Under the pieces are notes generated by a model. That model saw nothing but the letters and a program-made list of their open reading frames with translations. It did not search any database and was not told the DNA's origin. The position numbers and the translations under genes are program-made. A stretch of DNA of 64,000 bases, taken from an uncultured Planctomycetia bacterium. GTDB lineage: Bacteria; Omnitrophota; Gorgyraeia; Duberdicusellales; 4484-171. Shown one piece after another: positions 12,001 to 18,569 of this stretch (its first letter is position 1; each line of letters begins with the position of its first letter). The DNA is taken from positions 14,936-78,935 of the forward strand of contig CAZWON010000002.1 in assembly GCA_964635565.1 (NCBI GenBank). The letters run 5' to 3'.

Positions 12001-12433
12001 GAGGTTTTGTTTCCAGATTTATATTCTGAGAGTTTTCTAAAATATCAATAGAAAAAATAATACTGGATACTTCCGAAGAAGTATTTTGCAAGCCAGAACT
12101 ATTTAATAAATCATATAAGGCGCGCGTTCCGCAAGGTTTTTCCTTAAGCAACCTATAAATTTGTTCTATTTTTGCTTTATTTAAAGAAGAAACACCTTTA
12201 AGTTTTAAAACCCTTCCTGAAGGAAATCTTACTCCTTTTATATGGGGGTATTTCTGTAGATTCTCTAAGATGCTCTTTATGATATCCGCAACATCCAGTT
12301 TTTTAAAGTTAGAAGAAGGGATATTAAGAAGAAGGTGGGATTTAGGAGGAATGAAGAAATTGGTGCTACCAAAAGCCCAGACTACATCCTGGTATAAAAA
12401 GGCAAAAATAACAACAAAAGCAACTATCCTCAT
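1..12433 (-). CDS. Giant secreted/surface protein (>4144 aa, 3' end beyond window). N-terminal signal peptide, then a peptidase C39-like papain-fold domain, Gly-zipper segments and long beta-rich T/N/S/G/Y regions.
   Basis: Manual translation of the reverse complement from the ATG at 12433 stays open in one frame down to position 2, with no stop in 12.4 kb of AT-rich DNA. The track lists no minus-strand ORFs over this stretch, consistent with an ORF open at the window edge. N-terminus MRIVAFVVIFAFLYQDVVWAFG. KPCGTRALYDLLNSSG and SGHYVVVKEIKDNKFYCISNGVFKVYSYDEFLNNFSGYIATA resemble the C39 Cys and His motifs. The only RBS is the weak CCCTGG. An alternative in-frame ATG lies about 75 nt upstream. 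Confidence 0.7.
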   Translation of the reverse strand, partial: MRIVAFVVIFAFLYQDVVWAFGSTNFFIPPKSHLLLNIPSSNFKKLDVADIIKSILENLQKYPHIKGVRFPSGRVLKLKGVSSLNKAKIEQIYRLLKEKPCGTRALYDLLNSSGLQNTSSEVSSIIFSIDILENSQNINLETKPQDLKNSLYAIIKAGEFFGYKLYSLKFKPYTPSYILEDFTPFIAHFLSGHYVVVKEIKDNKFYCISNGVFKVYSYDEFLNNFSGYIATASNKTSNFRKPLDIEETKSVLGAYSRKYDLPKFDEIFKDPSWGDIAIAAVTTIASIGIGGGVLSQDFTWTKALHSFSQGAFMGTVGNAFTTFAAQELDMGPASAQIFGYTLSSALVGAASIPSSKTWYTPSSSPSNSGWLGIGGWMNRHPVLTGAIVGGLKGAAVGGGSILAYNAIKNTGFYKKNPFAANQLASIAGGFAGYAGFSGTMGALGINLTVKAPVDEKNGKVWGRISSEDLQNSNGVEPGVVNGDSLGGYYGRDYVNLSADNFGGGFLGGIKLAWNDARTSLIYQATALAVECLLGEKFKFSRVLGEGAGALVSVKADGQSLGGADLWKAIGRGVLSGAISVGLESIGGEYDEKTGKNKWGLTRLQTSSLAYLGSTIALSSIGAIGAGTFWNSFKNNFAQLAINYTTWGRTSPIWTQGEGGWSEVQYLNKIAEFGGYADFKANADRAMKMYGYDSWRKFVKDGYLTSITPSLTNSWVRYTQDTLHYAAVENMNVLMIPVVMPVLDMIYNPLYGTDRQSISKAGLSPDVLSKLPLDLFDKEGNLKSEKLSLVDGQLGFYYNGDFYRIANIEEAATLLHPQPLKGDIVVNLPDNAYFETVKTNGGLLGLFMSHKEVGRQVKLDKSWARDPILMRERDGVNFTGQYGVEGREVNSTLHTLEIFFNPKYLEGINKGNITVPNNPDLIQQPYYLYAGIAGNKNKGGVLGAAAIRGKLELIINTPKTTYVWNQREGSFYSSTFAAATDADIYKVDSSHYGAEGIVSFLPEKLYKDTWTQMSALLSPILPQDKIERMMRGSSIDIPSDNLKGLKLVSSNSGTKEYTINASGAPTGFHISSLTIVSPVNTPKGNLLAYVNYEQYNPTTGEDFTTVSSFTEYSSLSGREVNIEPRKEKLIEENKVTIIPYYSPHPNSATIISRRIESSHGVLKLRQRGYSPWSIIEKRISQKEITKTFFEREGEDIIKFFKNMPKNKLQAQGKEIYGMFKKDVQSDPLSYLALELIDKSPYPVSLSFVNLSRSKESPSGYKKTTFLQGQSSIVGSGTNSQRFFFATYNLRSKGLNSEGTFTPQVSFLNVRWASRKNFAGGGFIREIRIFDTSNKPIEYDKLYSVENGGDIEGSIITPGGISKGAPFYKEANLIASKGVSLSISTPKGDKYINEGIIFSPSGAFSFAGRATGDISIFTDPLNQSFSKRTKPNTDSLAEVPGFKLTQQPKALNPRTLEKITNREAFLKFAQQNPDAPVLISFTGTMPIIDNTPTTEVQGLNIYYGNNPNDYYVTQNGFVFTPRGKLQSNQRYYYYGPNGTLRMNMLKSYRDIYKEVVEDVNKLNLTPVERSKKIDFEVQRRVIKASGAWVIPILNSRFFTNKEFNMATGYFNPANVRIFIADTGEMVIGAKGDTPGAQKMFERLLDKIYEVTYGENNSLSEIGKQIEEVRGEILKTEWKMKNLNSPKKSGVLKIKLKNLTEKLNNLNHKWKRVSQSLKVEGKFYGASYFSVPLEGDTKPAVVPINTAYLRPDRKGGLSLTFAGEGGLYFSDIMNVDPRLITKGVFSLVDASAGIVTGFGEKPSGKNSKSSSVPILAYRNPLFSTTNLTVDKVGSGNVFYAEGTVEFSYTNQRLTPSFGGGSIVNFPDTLTWPKDSSITVVTPGTERDRDGWSVYEVYNPHQIKGDVYIGIEGGLIGEGFISPSGEKMPPARFTAVHHNISGMVDGVIVADMNIPAAASFGINSLISNPKGRTFYLLDKDANNSLGGEFIWLSNKIEGLGGAVTSLHFKETEKGSNEYTIEGGLGAVLWNFVSLLRKGDSSLPNPPNVNTIENFRRIIFTTSAERKESYEGKGIPVYDSALVANAPGNWIKFNEDGTVKVFKALDKDGKASLDAGDIRRGTIGLKLAGYFKDMFQGTPLEDSVVQGMNNFISNRPTGYSQAITREEYNNAVRGVEIRHNDFILGRNFALSPYDIRIGTRFGVSPQGCGPNIAIVNFIVLNEKGVSEVRKFAIPNYNNSKQLVFDIKQDPRGLPYPTNFKITTSSGSRPAEHNRDYGFYNDIPKFYYSDGAQYEKLGLTIMESIVTAIKSKDNNNSNFIENVLRKISLDKLNHPTIKKLAEIIIPFVDKRTWSHKELRLLGKMFVKFSGKGVASIEIKNQYDKKVRKTTVSVRSTDGTRIFQSTYSYNPGDLIDIITKGGGSTLAYKKRVPFACFSDIPLSKGDIKNPLFVKPKKITPENRTGTGIINKVGNSKNSEEIGKLPSNVIVPVAEYRVDKPVPVSNPWSVVFNLRYYKIAQDGVLFRGVVWDKGSSLEWDGKKYRKRGKGRLPFGTLTLNKETGTKSEAGFLLYWGPGIIYNFSVDKNGNQHYSIANPGSLTPKDIISSNFYIKEAGKIYTYNYRGFQVIDRGPAKGLLALGFENPNAPQVSRALNIPKSGKGTGRATKVVKENVLGEMYNKESKAIGSLWYNFSPTNSNLLNSPIPGYKLQLGKANVRHITELVPVLSSVAYSGAGIPGVPTLISVEGGYGNIDKYNVLSGKGKDRNDMQTLNNALGGNFNNGNPLLVNVSSNGSFSGVFDGVLFKSAGGDTFVSDKTGFINYIRSSRVYEDTTVIGRYQYTDKTGLPSQLANSFSNQTVYFIGKRRGYVQQDKSGKVKLVPYADGSLALTEHYTAYVVSPKGMVPFSNGSYIDYSLSGGEKGRLWVRQTISKEAVDIAENPAEYLYLSEDGKFYKVRLDSQDLHTNKSITKFKSVFGNLETVDYGTLSQSYFMAKVSRKGEGFIGPSPINTKQEYPTGNHQGRPPESALSKDHTDAETFSLNQEMALYHNGELKMNFPLLGAPTVNLGNARLRVTGGEKLGEKLGEKLVGTETKVYHGNISVAETRPVEYSGKVVKFDHNGNLTKDSREKIKTTGPVKREFPADIAPEAALLLSNPQNKIVGVAPNGDLVIETHQTIQGISCITGKPFKREIVMDKILSKKGIKNLEVYTPVMKLDGSIEKNNLYKYEDVRDRIKNEAISVYAGLAIGSDLILAKIGDSAKWTERAQEWMNLVENAKRNALGTRFETYNERFSNKDMGFKIVDSYFKVLIAAKALSFSWNMAKGVLGKVAVLASETGSTTLLRDIIGLATKALANPAKIALGYTAVGAAYDVYEGRSIEDIAINAPVRFLQAYFLLRGGRIFTSTKALKITLGALGVDTVVAYGVDKYYPTDKNTSVCEAFAKSILFNPGREILKGFGRLIGNYGLVEREEKSARFETEKVLGAITTKAKEDGRGWGFLAFPYGVFRSYPSARLGVDLVAFSLNPADSIRGLLGAVETLRSLPPGKETFDSTRALVNAFYITGNIAGALGGYRGLAKNLGEVPGKAGEFAQRAAKIMPTVYAFNTAQALVLPVVFRGKKLASVLNSTALEMDDLRVQSVPIALLGAGLGPVGKVFSKMSPGARTLAGVGVSEGLSLGVPNMISYLRTGKPIGGKFLSEENMVLAAIGLLGGVMPAIAKGEAFGSMPQFTRSIASGAYLWGQIEAVMNTSLAAYAGDNKIGALTIDRHFMTGFLKGLVFEAAFSSLVGLSKIASSERAMRFVKENPESIKDAKEIGEKLTKRGITVKKARELIKKAAPIEEAQKALKDLSPKTPITEKDFSTLSKQLKKPVKSSADIEGMSIKELRKVNVEKLPKGSSLRKLLDELKKINRIDEIEILTVREVKTLDKKFLGKVKSKANILQQAEKTGLSSIELKNIDKIANSASARFANSKFGGIVLKAFSPASGWHYVSWPATGAVIYPAIKGIIEYSEKESALENSPFIAFLRAIKEQYYKHGRVQWQNIATGGLMGAAVIVPFSRKGEDLVVDIWNRTRLGKVIKYAYGASAGGIINAINYELTPLSQGGKSTGRNFAWALGIGAGEGIMATWYLGSVGKALKSNLLPYSLGEEVPV
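3187..3222 (-). repeat. In-frame 12-nt tandem repeat x3 (caagcttctcgc) inside the giant ORF, encoding (GEKL)x3.
   Basis: Seen directly at 3187-3222; the translation there is RVTGGEKLGEKLGEKLVGTE. Confidence 0.8.
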
Positions 12434-12640
12434 CCAGGGTTTAAAATGAGGCTTTTGTGTTTGAGTAAATACACCTGCTTGTGGACATTCTTGTGCTTTA
12501 TCCATTATTTTTACCACACCAGATTAACGCAGAATAAGAGAACAAATGAACACAGATGGTTATGGATTGATATAGAAAAAAGCAGAGTTCCCCCTTTCCC
12601 CCAAAAATCTATATTTTCCTTTCCAGGAATCATATTCAAA

Positions 12641-12690
12641 AAAAAGCCGAGCTACCAAATTAAGCTTCGGCAGCCCGGCTATCCTGCTTT
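12641..12690 (-). terminator. Rho-independent terminator-like hairpin on the minus strand, about 200 nt upstream of the giant ORF start.
   Basis: Minus-strand AGCCGGGCT-(18-nt loop)-AGCTCGGCT followed by T8. 9-bp stem with one G-U pair. Confidence 0.5.
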
Positions 12691-13315
12691 GCTTTTCAGA
12701 TTAACACAGAGTTAAAACAGATTATCGCTGATAAAAATATCTGCGATTATCTGTATGTTTTATCTGTGTTCATCTGTGTTTTTTGGATCCGTGGCTTTGC
12801 GCCCCTTGTGTTGCCACAAGGTTTGCCTTTTCGTGCCTTCCTTAAGAATACCATTAAAATTTAACATATTATATTATTAATTTCAAGGGGTTAGGTAAAT
12901 TTTGCCTTATTTTTGAAAAAATTTTTCAGAAAGAAGGATTATTTGTAAGTCACTAAACAACAATATCTTATGTATTATATCTCTTTTTCTCATTCAGAGA
13001 GCAAAATTTTTTTCTTTTGTAAATATAATAATTATAATCTATTTTTTAAATAATATAAAAGAAGTGAAAAAAAATAATGCCTGCATCTGCAGAAATAGTC
13101 GTTTTTGTCTTTTATTTTTTATGTAATATACTGATATTGCTAATCTTAGAGAGATATTGAAATAATGAACAATAATAAATAGTGTATTATTTTATTATCC
13201 TGCCAATGCCTCCCCTCATAAAATCCAACAATACTGGACCTCCTACAATAATAAGGAATTATGGGGAGGATAAAAAATAATTATCAGAAATTATCTTAAA
13301 AGTCTCCTTTTATTT

Positions 13316-13756
13316 TTATTCTTTCCATTCCATTCTAATAAGTTTTCTTTTACCATTAGGATAATTAACTATTGTTAATAATAAAACTTTATTATTAAGA
13401 TAATCAGTAGCCACTACTGTTATACCTTTGTTAACAGAAAATATCCGCCAGTTGGTAAATTTATTCCATTTTCCTCCTCCCTGACGGAAACTAAAGGCAA
13501 AACTTTCTATAAATCTCTTTACATATTCCTCTTTTTGCTGCATAGTCCTCAGTCTGTTAACTGTTCCCCCTACATTTATTCCCACTGCTACAAAAGAAGT
13601 CCAATCAATCAATCGCCCCACAGAAAAATCTCCTTTAATTAATCCCTTTAAACAACGGCGAGCAAAATCCACATCATTTCTTATCCCCGTGCATCCACTT
13701 ATAATAAATACAAAAACAAAAAATAAAGTAAACATATTTTTGGGTTTAATCTTCAT
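13316..13756 (-). CDS. Small lipoprotein of unknown function (146 aa).
   Basis: MKIKPKNMFTLFFVFVFIISGC gives a signal peptide with a lipobox Cys. Last gene of the Tad-like cluster. Confidence 0.55.
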   Translation of the reverse strand: MKIKPKNMFTLFFVFVFIISGCTGIRNDVDFARRCLKGLIKGDFSVGRLIDWTSFVAVGINVGGTVNRLRTMQQKEEYVKRFIESFAFSFRQGGGKWNKFTNWRIFSVNKGITVVATDYLNNKVLLLTIVNYPNGKRKLIRMEWKE

Positions 13757-13811
13757 CTTTCTCCTCCTAAGTTTAAAAAAGTTAAAATACCTAATAATAT
13801 TATTGCCAAGT

Positions 13812-16415
13812 TTAATGATCAGACCTACGGACAGATTTAATTCCTACTTTATCGTAACTATAATACACATAACACTCCTTAGTAATCTCACCAGCAATCC
13901 GTGGATTCCATATACCTAAAATGCCCACCTTTTTATTGGTAGAGTCGGGGTCTTTGCGAGTAACTTTAATCCAGGTTCTCTCTCCATTGTCCTTATAATC
14001 CTTCATTATAAGACAAATTTTTTTAACCAAAAAACACCCACTTTCTTTTTTTTCCAGACGAGCAAGTTTAAAAGGCCCGACTTCTACAGTTATGGAATGA
14101 TTCTCTAAAGTCCCTCCTCGTTTATCCTGCCAGGAATAAGTTATACTGCCTCCCCCGTCTTCCGCTCTCTCCGTGGTCTCTATAACATGAATTTGGTTAT
14201 AAAATTCCTCTATCTCGGAAAGGAAATCACTTATTTCTTTCTGTCTGCTCTCAAGAGAATCCAATACAGGCCTAAACTCATCATCCCATCTAATATCAAT
14301 GGTAGCAAACTCATCATCAACACTATTTAATTTTTCTTCCATCTCATCTAATACTCCTAAAAATGCCTCTTCGCCCATAGAAGGTATCTGCAAATCAGGT
14401 GTAGAAAGCTGTTCAACTCCTTGTTTATCCCCTTCATAAGTATTATCTTCGCAGATAGTATTACAATTTCCTTCGTCATCACATTCCTCATGGCAGCACC
14501 TGCAGGTATATCTATAATGAAAGTTGTAAGAAATCGTACCTCTTCCTTCTCCTAAATTTCTCCTCTCGCAAGGAGAATGAATATTGCCCTTTAAGGAAAT
14601 CTTTAAACTCTCAATTTCTACCTCGCCAACTAAAGAACAATTATCTTGTGAGCACACATCAAAGAACTCTCCTTCTCTAATACGATCTTTAAGACTCCTT
14701 ACAAATTCTCTTACTATACCTATCTCATCTGTTAACTTATTTTTATCATCAGCATAAAGCTTACACACAGGATTAGGAAGAATTACCCCTGATACTTCTC
14801 GTGAATCTTGTGTCCAATTACAGGGGTAAATAGGCTCATCAGGAGGATTATAATTATTACAGGAGGGTTCATCTTTTATACTTTCTTTAACTGAGCAAGG
14901 TGTGATTATGTATTCCAACTGACAAGGAGTAAGATTATTGCGAATATCAATGGTTTCCTCTATCCATTCACCCATTGCAGAAACAATAGACTCTAAATCA
15001 TTATAAAAATCGTTCCCCCTGCCAGGATTATATAAATAATCTACCCAGTCATAATTTTTGTCTAAATCCCCGACGTTGTGTTTTAATATTCCCTCGGCAT
15101 AATCAATAAATTCCTCCAGATGGTAACGTGCTCCATCTACATCATCATAGCCGGAAGGCACAGGACAACTCTCGCAATCTTTCTTATACCACCCTACAAG
15201 AGATGCCTTGTCAGGTCCTGGCTCCCAGAAGCTAACCTCATAATTGCAATCTTCCAATGCCCGCCACAACTCTATAGGAGGAGCATCACAAGATACACAA
15301 TCACATTCCACCTCTTTTCTATCCATCTCTGAGAGAAATTCTTCAATATTCTGTTTAAAAGGCCTGAGAGAATTATTTACAAAATTATTTATAACATCTA
15401 CTCCTGAAATTAAACTTTCTTTTAAATCTTTTATGTGCTTATCCCACCATACTAAAAATGCAGGAACTTTGTCATCTGTCTTCCCATCACAATCTATATC
15501 AGTGGTATCGGTAACCTTATTAGGATCATCCACTGTTTTTGAAAGAACCTGAAGAAATACGCCTTCTCTAATACGCTCATAGTCAGGAAGGCCATTAAGT
15601 GCTTTGACAAAATTTTCCATACCCGCTGCAAGGCTCTTATCCATCATAAGGCCAGTATAAATACTTGCCCCCACAGCAAGAGAGCCGCCAATAATAGCAC
15701 CTGTTGTAGAAGCAAAAGCAGTAACAACAGAACCCTGCAGTAAGGTTCCTCCTTCTAACACCCATCCCGATATTGCCTTCCCTGCCTCAAAAACCATTAA
15801 TCCACCTGTAGAACTACCAGCAGCACCCCCTCCTACCTCAAATGTTGCTCCTCCTGCGCCTGCTACTGATTGTGTTCCTCCCAAGAGACTTGCCCCTCCA
15901 GCAATTGCTGCTCCAATCATCGCTCCTTGAATTGCCCCCATCGCCATTCCTTTAAGAGGGTTATTAGCAGTAAAAGATCCTCCTATTGCCCCTCCTATTG
16001 CCCCTCCTATTACTGCAGCAAGACCAGGGCCACCAATAACAAACCCTATTATTGCTCCAATAATAGCAAGAACTACTCCTAAAAGCCCCCCTTTCTTGCA
16101 TTTCTTTGTTTTGTTGCCTAACGATTCATACAACATATGACTTTTAGATGCCAACTGAGAACCTAAATAAAGACCTGCTGAATCTATAGCATTAGAAATT
16201 TGTGTTAACCTGTTTGTGACATTTCCAATATTTATCACCACAAGAGTAAAAATTAATACAAAAATAATCATTAAAATAAAAAGAGTGGCTATTTGACCTC
16301 TTTTATATATACTTTTTACAGTTTCAAATATATAATTATTTTTTTTCTTCTGGGTAGAAATTTTAAGTCTGGTTAAGTTCTTTAAAGAAATTATCTTGCC
16401 TAAACCAGAAAACAT
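13812..16415 (-). CDS. TadG-like pseudopilin / minor pilin (867 aa) with a Gly-zipper segment and a large Cys-rich acidic C-terminal domain. Putative pilus-associated adhesin.
   Basis: N-terminus QIATLFILMIIFVLIFTLVVINIGNVTNRL resembles the TadE/G N-terminal motif (PF13400-like). GGAIGGAIGG-type glycine zipper, then about 600 aa rich in Cys, Asp and Glu. Sits in a Tad gene neighbourhood. Confidence 0.5.
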   Translation of the reverse strand: MFSGLGKIISLKNLTRLKISTQKKKNNYIFETVKSIYKRGQIATLFILMIIFVLIFTLVVINIGNVTNRLTQISNAIDSAGLYLGSQLASKSHMLYESLGNKTKKCKKGGLLGVVLAIIGAIIGFVIGGPGLAAVIGGAIGGAIGGSFTANNPLKGMAMGAIQGAMIGAAIAGGASLLGGTQSVAGAGGATFEVGGGAAGSSTGGLMVFEAGKAISGWVLEGGTLLQGSVVTAFASTTGAIIGGSLAVGASIYTGLMMDKSLAAGMENFVKALNGLPDYERIREGVFLQVLSKTVDDPNKVTDTTDIDCDGKTDDKVPAFLVWWDKHIKDLKESLISGVDVINNFVNNSLRPFKQNIEEFLSEMDRKEVECDCVSCDAPPIELWRALEDCNYEVSFWEPGPDKASLVGWYKKDCESCPVPSGYDDVDGARYHLEEFIDYAEGILKHNVGDLDKNYDWVDYLYNPGRGNDFYNDLESIVSAMGEWIEETIDIRNNLTPCQLEYIITPCSVKESIKDEPSCNNYNPPDEPIYPCNWTQDSREVSGVILPNPVCKLYADDKNKLTDEIGIVREFVRSLKDRIREGEFFDVCSQDNCSLVGEVEIESLKISLKGNIHSPCERRNLGEGRGTISYNFHYRYTCRCCHEECDDEGNCNTICEDNTYEGDKQGVEQLSTPDLQIPSMGEEAFLGVLDEMEEKLNSVDDEFATIDIRWDDEFRPVLDSLESRQKEISDFLSEIEEFYNQIHVIETTERAEDGGGSITYSWQDKRGGTLENHSITVEVGPFKLARLEKKESGCFLVKKICLIMKDYKDNGERTWIKVTRKDPDSTNKKVGILGIWNPRIAGEITKECYVYYSYDKVGIKSVRRSDH

Positions 16416-16459
16416 TTTCTTCTCCTTAAATTTTACACCCCTTTATTCTTCTCATTTTA

Positions 16460-16714
16460 TTACTTAAAAACATCTAAATCAGGATACTCCGATTCATCAA
16501 CAAACACAGGCTTATCACTATGTTGGGTATCTTCTGATGCAGCATCGCGACGGGTATCATTATAATCTTTTTCTCTCTGAACCATCTGATTATTCATCCA
16601 CACAAATATATTGACTGCTCCTACCATTAGTATTACTACAACTGCTAAACTTACGGTAAGCTCTAATATAACCTGAGTTTTTTTAATAACTTGTCTGCCA
16701 CTCATTAGAATCAT
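16460..16714 (-). CDS. Small TadE-like pseudopilin (84 aa).
   Basis: RBS GGGAGGA before ATG (MILMSGRQVIKKTQVILELTVSLAVVVILMVGAV). Shares the KKxQ...E class-III-like prepeptide with the Flp array. The N-terminal part of the track ORF 16460..16936 overlaps the upstream gene and is rejected. Confidence 0.5.
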   Translation of the reverse strand: MILMSGRQVIKKTQVILELTVSLAVVVILMVGAVNIFVWMNNQMVQREKDYNDTRRDAASEDTQHSDKPVFVDESEYPDLDVFK

Positions 16715-17702
16715 TCCTCCCTTTAATGGTAGAAATGCTTTTAGAAGTATAACTACCTGATTCATCTCCATAAGGATGGTAAATAACCTCCCGGGTTGTA
16801 GTAAATGACCAATTAAAATCATCTTTTGAGATAATTTTTCCTTGCGGCTGTTGGTTAACTGTAAGGGTATCGTTTCTTTCTTTAACTTGAGCAATCTCGG
16901 GCTGGATTCCCATCGCTTTGGGCTTAATCTGCTCACCCCCTATAATACCGCCGAGATTAGCAAAAGCAAATAGCTCTTCCAGCTTATCACAATACCAGGG
17001 AGTATTTATAGATACCGCACACACTTCTTCACAGCTAAACTCGTAAGCACCTCCCTCTTCTCCGCTCCACCTGCCTTCTTCACACTGCTGGGCGCATACA
17101 TCCTTATCTGTAATCATTCTGCAAATTCTTACTGCTGAGCCGTAATCTATACTTTCTCCTGAATAGGGGTCTATTATGGTTACAACCCCTGAATCTTCAT
17201 CCCACTTAATATTTGAACCTCCATATATCTCTTTATATTTTTCTACTATCTTTTTTACTTCCTCATCCCCGCTACTACCCACATTTTCCTCTCTAATTGC
17301 AGCAAGATAAAATGTCTCTTTTCTACTATCATTTCCCTGAAACTCCATTGTTATTCTGGGTAGCTCTTCTTTGGTATCAGCAGTTTTATCTATACGATAA
17401 TTACGAACTACAATTGCACTACCGCTAAAACCTTCAGCGCTTCCCACCCCAAAAGGGTCGGAAGGGCTGGGAATATGCTTATCTCTTACAAGAAAATATG
17501 TTGCCTCGCGCATATCACGAGAGGCAGATGCCAAAGCTTTCCTAAAAGCATGCTGGCTTGTTCTCTGCTGAAAGTTATACTTGAGTCCGTAACTTACAAG
17601 AACACCTAAAATAAACAAAAAAACTCCTCCAAAAATGGCAGTTTCCACTAATGATTGTGCCTTTTTTCTGCTGGTATTATATTGCTCTATAATATTCATC
17701 AT
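16683..17702 (-). CDS. TadE/TadF-like pseudopilin (339 aa) with a Cys-rich C-terminal domain.
   Basis: N-terminus SRKKAQSLVETAIFGGVFLFILGVLV carries the same KKAQS motif as the pilins. The C-terminal region has many Cys (CAQQCEEGRW...SCEEVCAV...WYCDK). Confidence 0.5.
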   Translation of the reverse strand: MMNIIEQYNTSRKKAQSLVETAIFGGVFLFILGVLVSYGLKYNFQQRTSQHAFRKALASASRDMREATYFLVRDKHIPSPSDPFGVGSAEGFSGSAIVVRNYRIDKTADTKEELPRITMEFQGNDSRKETFYLAAIREENVGSSGDEEVKKIVEKYKEIYGGSNIKWDEDSGVVTIIDPYSGESIDYGSAVRICRMITDKDVCAQQCEEGRWSGEEGGAYEFSCEEVCAVSINTPWYCDKLEELFAFANLGGIIGGEQIKPKAMGIQPEIAQVKERNDTLTVNQQPQGKIISKDDFNWSFTTTREVIYHPYGDESGSYTSKSISTIKGRNDSNEWQTSY

Positions 17703-17707
17703 TCATA

Positions 17708-18559
17708 TTATATCCCAAATAACCCTCCCTCTTTAAACCGTATGAGAACAGGCCCTCCTATAATAATAATTACAACACCTAAAATAAGAATCAAAGGTAG
17801 AATAATAAGAATTGATGCTCTTATAGCTTGCTTTTCTCCTATTTGAATTCTCCTCTCCCGCGCATCCTCGGAAATAATGTCAAACACCTCGTGGATAGGT
17901 GTCCCCATCCGCTCTGCCTGAATTAATGTATTGGCAAAACTGCGTATTTCAGGAAGATTGATTCGGTTAACCAAGCTTAAAAGAGCCTCCTGCCTTGAGC
18001 GACCCATAATAATTTCATTTACAACAATCCGCAAATGATAAAGTAAGGGATTCATCTGTGTTTTTTCCAGTATCCACCGCAAACCGGAGAGGAAATCAAG
18101 ACCAGCCTCAATACATAACCCTAAAAGATCTATTGTCTCAGGAAGATGTTTTAAAATTTGAAATTTATATTTTTTAACCTTATCTATTAGCCAGATATCC
18201 GGTAAAACAAACCCTACTATACTAAATATAACAATAAGTGTAACATCCGTAGAGTTAGTAATTAAATAAAAACCAAAACCTCCTCCTATAGCAAATATTT
18301 CTTTTATAAACATAAAATCTTCAGGATTAAGGCGAGAATTAATAAATTGCAATTTACTGCGAAAAAAACCTTTAAGCCCCAGGATGCTTAATAAAAAAGT
18401 ATTTAAAGGATAAAATGGTAGGCTTAAAAAAACAATCGGCCTTTTTCTGGTATAATCTATATTTAATCTTTTTAATATAGAAACTTTTTCCTTTCCTGTA
18501 AAGGCTGTAAAAAATAAATACACTGCGGCGACAATAAAAACTATAATTATACCAACCAT
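17708..18559 (-). CDS. tadC: Tad pilus inner-membrane platform protein TadC-like (T2SSF/GspF family).
   Basis: T2SSF-domain-like sequence (GLDFLSGLRWILEKT...ARERRIQIGEKQAIRASILIILP) with several TM segments. Confidence 0.65.
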   Translation of the reverse strand: MVGIIIVFIVAAVYLFFTAFTGKEKVSILKRLNIDYTRKRPIVFLSLPFYPLNTFLLSILGLKGFFRSKLQFINSRLNPEDFMFIKEIFAIGGGFGFYLITNSTDVTLIVIFSIVGFVLPDIWLIDKVKKYKFQILKHLPETIDLLGLCIEAGLDFLSGLRWILEKTQMNPLLYHLRIVVNEIIMGRSRQEALLSLVNRINLPEIRSFANTLIQAERMGTPIHEVFDIISEDARERRIQIGEKQAIRASILIILPLILILGVVIIIIGGPVLIRFKEGGLFGI

Positions 18560-18569
18560 AGCCTCCCCC

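Noticed and set aside
546-12715. Eighteen plus-strand ORFs of 60-216 aa listed in the track.
   Set aside because: All lie antisense to the single continuous minus-strand giant ORF. They are low-complexity, have no RBS and show no family resemblance. Spurious.
15120-16082. Plus-strand ORFs of 70-102 aa inside the TadG-like gene. Similar antisense ORFs occur inside other genes, e.g. 26004..26447, 27731..28000, 30318..30671, 31582..31878, 33919..34411.
   Set aside because: Antisense shadow ORFs within clearly coding genes.
16715-16936. 5' extension of track ORF 16460..16936.
   Set aside because: It overlaps the 3' end of the upstream 339-aa gene in another frame. A strong RBS precedes the internal ATG at 16714.
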